Made by a program: the position numbers and the translations under genes. Below are positions 5,212 to 7,146 of a stretch of DNA of 7,146 nt, piece after piece (position 1 is the first letter of the stretch; the number at the start of each line of letters is the position of its first letter). The notes under the pieces were generated by a model. It was not told where the DNA came from, ran no database searches, and saw nothing but the letters and a program-made list of their open reading frames with translations. Location of the stretch: positions 1 through 7,146 of the IMG/VR virus record IMGVR_UViG_2667528065_000010; one strand, 5' to 3'. Origin of the DNA: a virus (Duplodnaviria > Heunggongvirae > Uroviricota > Caudoviricetes).

Positions 5212-7146
5212 TCAGCTGATACTGATGCCTGCAGTGGCTTTCTTCATCACAACAACCAGCAAATCGCTGATACTTGCTGTGGGATACCAACCATTTACCC
5301 ACCATGCTGATACAGAAAACTCCAGTGTCATTACACCACTGCCTGCAGGCATATCAATAACACCCGTGTAAATCAGAGTATTATCCAGAGCCGTTCGGTT
5401 ATAAATTTCAGCCCCGTTTTTCTTCACTATCAGGCGGCATGACGAATAAGTATCGCTATTCTCCCGCTCATGTCTGGCACCGCAGAAAGCCACCGCTGGA
5501 ATAACAATTTGCCGGTCAAACGACTGATCGTCATAAACCCTGACGGTAATAGTCCCTGATGGCCACCGCTCCGGTGCACGGGAGTCCCGGGGGAAAGCTT
5601 TGCCCACTGTTTTAACGAGATCGCCTTCAATCTGGTTCGCGGACAGTTTTCCCAGAACCCGACAGTTCTCGTTAATCGTGACATTATTGAGCGTCCCGGA
5701 GTTCGCATTCACGTTACCGCTGATATCGGCATTTTTCGCCGTCAGCCGCCCGTCCGGTGTCAGGGAAAATACCGGAGGATTGCCGCCACTGGTAATGGTG
5801 GGAGCCGTCAGATACTTCAGGAACACTTCGTTCATGAATATCTGGTTGCCCTGCGCCACAAACATCGGCGTTTCATTCCCGTTTGCCGGGTCAATAAACG
5901 CGATACGGTTAGCGGCAACCAGGAACTGGCTCAGTTTGCCTTCCTCCGTATCCTCCATACTAAGGCCAAGCCCCGCGACATAATGCCTGCCGTCTTCGGT
6001 CTGCTCAATTTTGACGCCCCACATGGCATTCCATTTATCGTTGGCGTCCTTCCACTCTTTCGAAAACTCCTCCAGTTTGCTGGCGTTATCCTCCTCCAGT
6101 TTGCTGGCGTTATCCTCCGTCAGCTCGACTTTTTCCAGCAGCTCCTTGCCGAGATGGGATTCGGTTATCTGGCCTTTGAAAAAATCCAGGTAACCTTCCG
6201 CATCATCGCTCGGCTGACCAACAGCCTCCACGAATGCCGATTTGCCAACGGTGTTCACACTGCGGATATAAAAGTAATAATCATGGCCCGGTTTGATATT
6301 GATACTGGCAGCTATCCAGTACAGCGCCGTACCAAGATAGCGGGCTGTGGTCTCAACCTGCCTGATATCGGTAATCCGCTTTTCCGAGAACCAGAACTCA
6401 AACTGTACCGTCGGATCATAAACCGCAAGATGCGGCGTGGCAGTTATCTGAAAATAGCCCGGCGTCAGCTCAATCCGCGACGGCGCTGCCGGTGCGGCAA
6501 TCCGGAACGATACCGATGCCGGATCGCCCTGCTGTCCCCACGCATTTACCGCCCGGACCGTCAGCGTGTAACGCCCCAGCGCCAGTTGCCTGAAGCGGTA
6601 TGTGGTTTCCGTCGTCCTGGCCGTGCTGACCAGCCGCTCACTGCCGTCATCCGCTGCCACGGTCAGGCGAAGCATAAAGCTCACCCCCTTCACCACCTTC
6701 GGCGTATCCCAGCGCGCCAGCACCTGATACTCCCCGCTGTCTGAGGTGACTTCGGCAGTCAGGTGCTGCACCGCAGGCGGCGTGACACCATTCACCGTGC
6801 CGCTCTGGTCGCCGTCAAAGTGCGCCCCGTTATCCACGATGGCCTCTTTTTCCGGCACATGCTGCACGGCGGTGATGGCATACGTGCCGTCGTCGTTCTC
6901 ACGGATACTCACGCAGCGGAACAGGCGCTGGCGCAGCGTCGGCAGCTTCAGCCCCCATACGCTGTATTCAGCAACACCGTCAGGAACACGGCTCACTTTT
7001 ACCTTCACGCCGTCGGTGACGGACTGAACCTCCACGCTGACCGGATTGCCACTTCCGTCAACCAGACTTATCAGCGTGGTACCGGAGGATGGCAGCGTGA
7101 TTTCACGGTCGAGCGTCAGCGTCCGGGTCTGGCTGTTCACCGCCAG
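5212..7146 (-). CDS. J: Host specificity / tail tip fibre protein J, C-terminal ~644 codons; 5' end lies beyond the right window edge
   Basis: Minus-strand frame is open from the window edge to the TGA at 5212-5214. The ORF-track start at 7140 is only an internal GTG. Translation contains fibronectin-III-like segments ([27 protein letters not shown]) and ends ...[32 protein letters not shown], matching my recollection of the lambda J C-terminus (receptor-binding region). Gene order J-lom-stf agrees with lambda. Confidence 0.93.
   Translation of the reverse strand: MAVNSQTRTLTLDREITLPSSGTTLISLVDGSGNPVSVEVQSVTDGVKVKVSRVPDGVAEYSVWGLKLPTLRQRLFRCVSIRENDDGTYAITAVQHVPEKEAIVDNGAHFDGDQSGTVNGVTPPAVQHLTAEVTSDSGEYQVLARWDTPKVVKGVSFMLRLTVAADDGSERLVSTARTTETTYRFRQLALGRYTLTVRAVNAWGQQGDPASVSFRIAAPAAPSRIELTPGYFQITATPHLAVYDPTVQFEFWFSEKRITDIRQVETTARYLGTALYWIAASINIKPGHDYYFYIRSVNTVGKSAFVEAVGQPSDDAEGYLDFFKGQITESHLGKELLEKVELTEDNASKLEEDNASKLEEFSKEWKDANDKWNAMWGVKIEQTEDGRHYVAGLGLSMEDTEEGKLSQFLVAANRIAFIDPANGNETPMFVAQGNQIFMNEVFLKYLTAPTITSGGNPPVFSLTPDGRLTAKNADISGNVNANSGTLNNVTINENCRVLGKLSANQIEGDLVKTVGKAFPRDSRAPERWPSGTITVRVYDDQSFDRQIVIPAVAFCGARHERENSDTYSSCRLIVKKNGAEIYNRTALDNTLIYTGVIDMPAGSGVMTLEFSVSAWWVNGWYPTASISDLLVVVMKKATAGISIS
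6067..6114 (-). repeat. Perfect 24-bp tandem duplication (2 x ctcctccagtttgctggcgttatc) inside J, in frame
   Basis: Read directly: 6067-6090 is identical to 6091-6114. In the J frame it duplicates eight residues (…[24 protein letters not shown]…). Confidence 0.9.

Noticed and set aside
5430-7027. ORFs overlapping J: minus 5430..5708, plus 5600..5983, 5983..6744, 6011..6193, 6746..7027
   Set aside because: All lie within the well-supported J reading frame region (antisense or alternative frame). The 5983..6744 translation is Arg-rich and unlike a protein.
1-7146. CRISPR array, diversity-generating retroelement, or invertible fibre segment (Gin/Pin-type)
   Set aside because: No short spaced direct repeats. 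No reverse transcriptase or recombinase ORF. No opposite-strand alternative fibre C-termini or flanking inverted repeats. All fibre genes are co-oriented.

Overview
This window is the distal tail end of a lambda-like (lambdoid) prophage, most likely from E. coli or a close relative, with every credible gene on the minus strand. In transcription order (high to low coordinate) it holds: the C-terminal ~644 codons of host-specificity protein J (runs off the right edge); a rho-independent terminator; lom; another terminator; a side tail fibre gene (stf) with a lambda-like N-terminus, an Ala/Ser/Thr-rich 189-bp-periodic repeat region and a non-lambda C-terminal domain; a 93-aa acidic ORF; a second short fibre-like gene with a C-terminal intramolecular-chaperone (peptidase S74-like) domain, split by a frameshift; a terminator; a ~100-aa predicted membrane protein; and a 3' remnant of a tail-fibre assembly gene (tfa). 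I found no rRNA, tRNA, CRISPR array, transposase or recombinase. The main observations are: (1) about 420 nt of the stf repeat region is read in the wrong frame relative to its neighbours, bracketed by two compensating 1-nt indels in homopolymer runs; (2) a third homopolymer-associated frameshift splits the chaperone-domain fibre gene; (3) three perfect or near-perfect in-frame 24/27-bp tandem duplications sit in J, lom and stf; (4) an orphan tfa 3' end suggests a receptor-binding cassette replacement. I do not see a clear novel defence or toxin system; the unassigned genes are the 93-aa acidic ORF and the small membrane protein. All identifications rest on reading the translations and recalled family signatures, with no database search.
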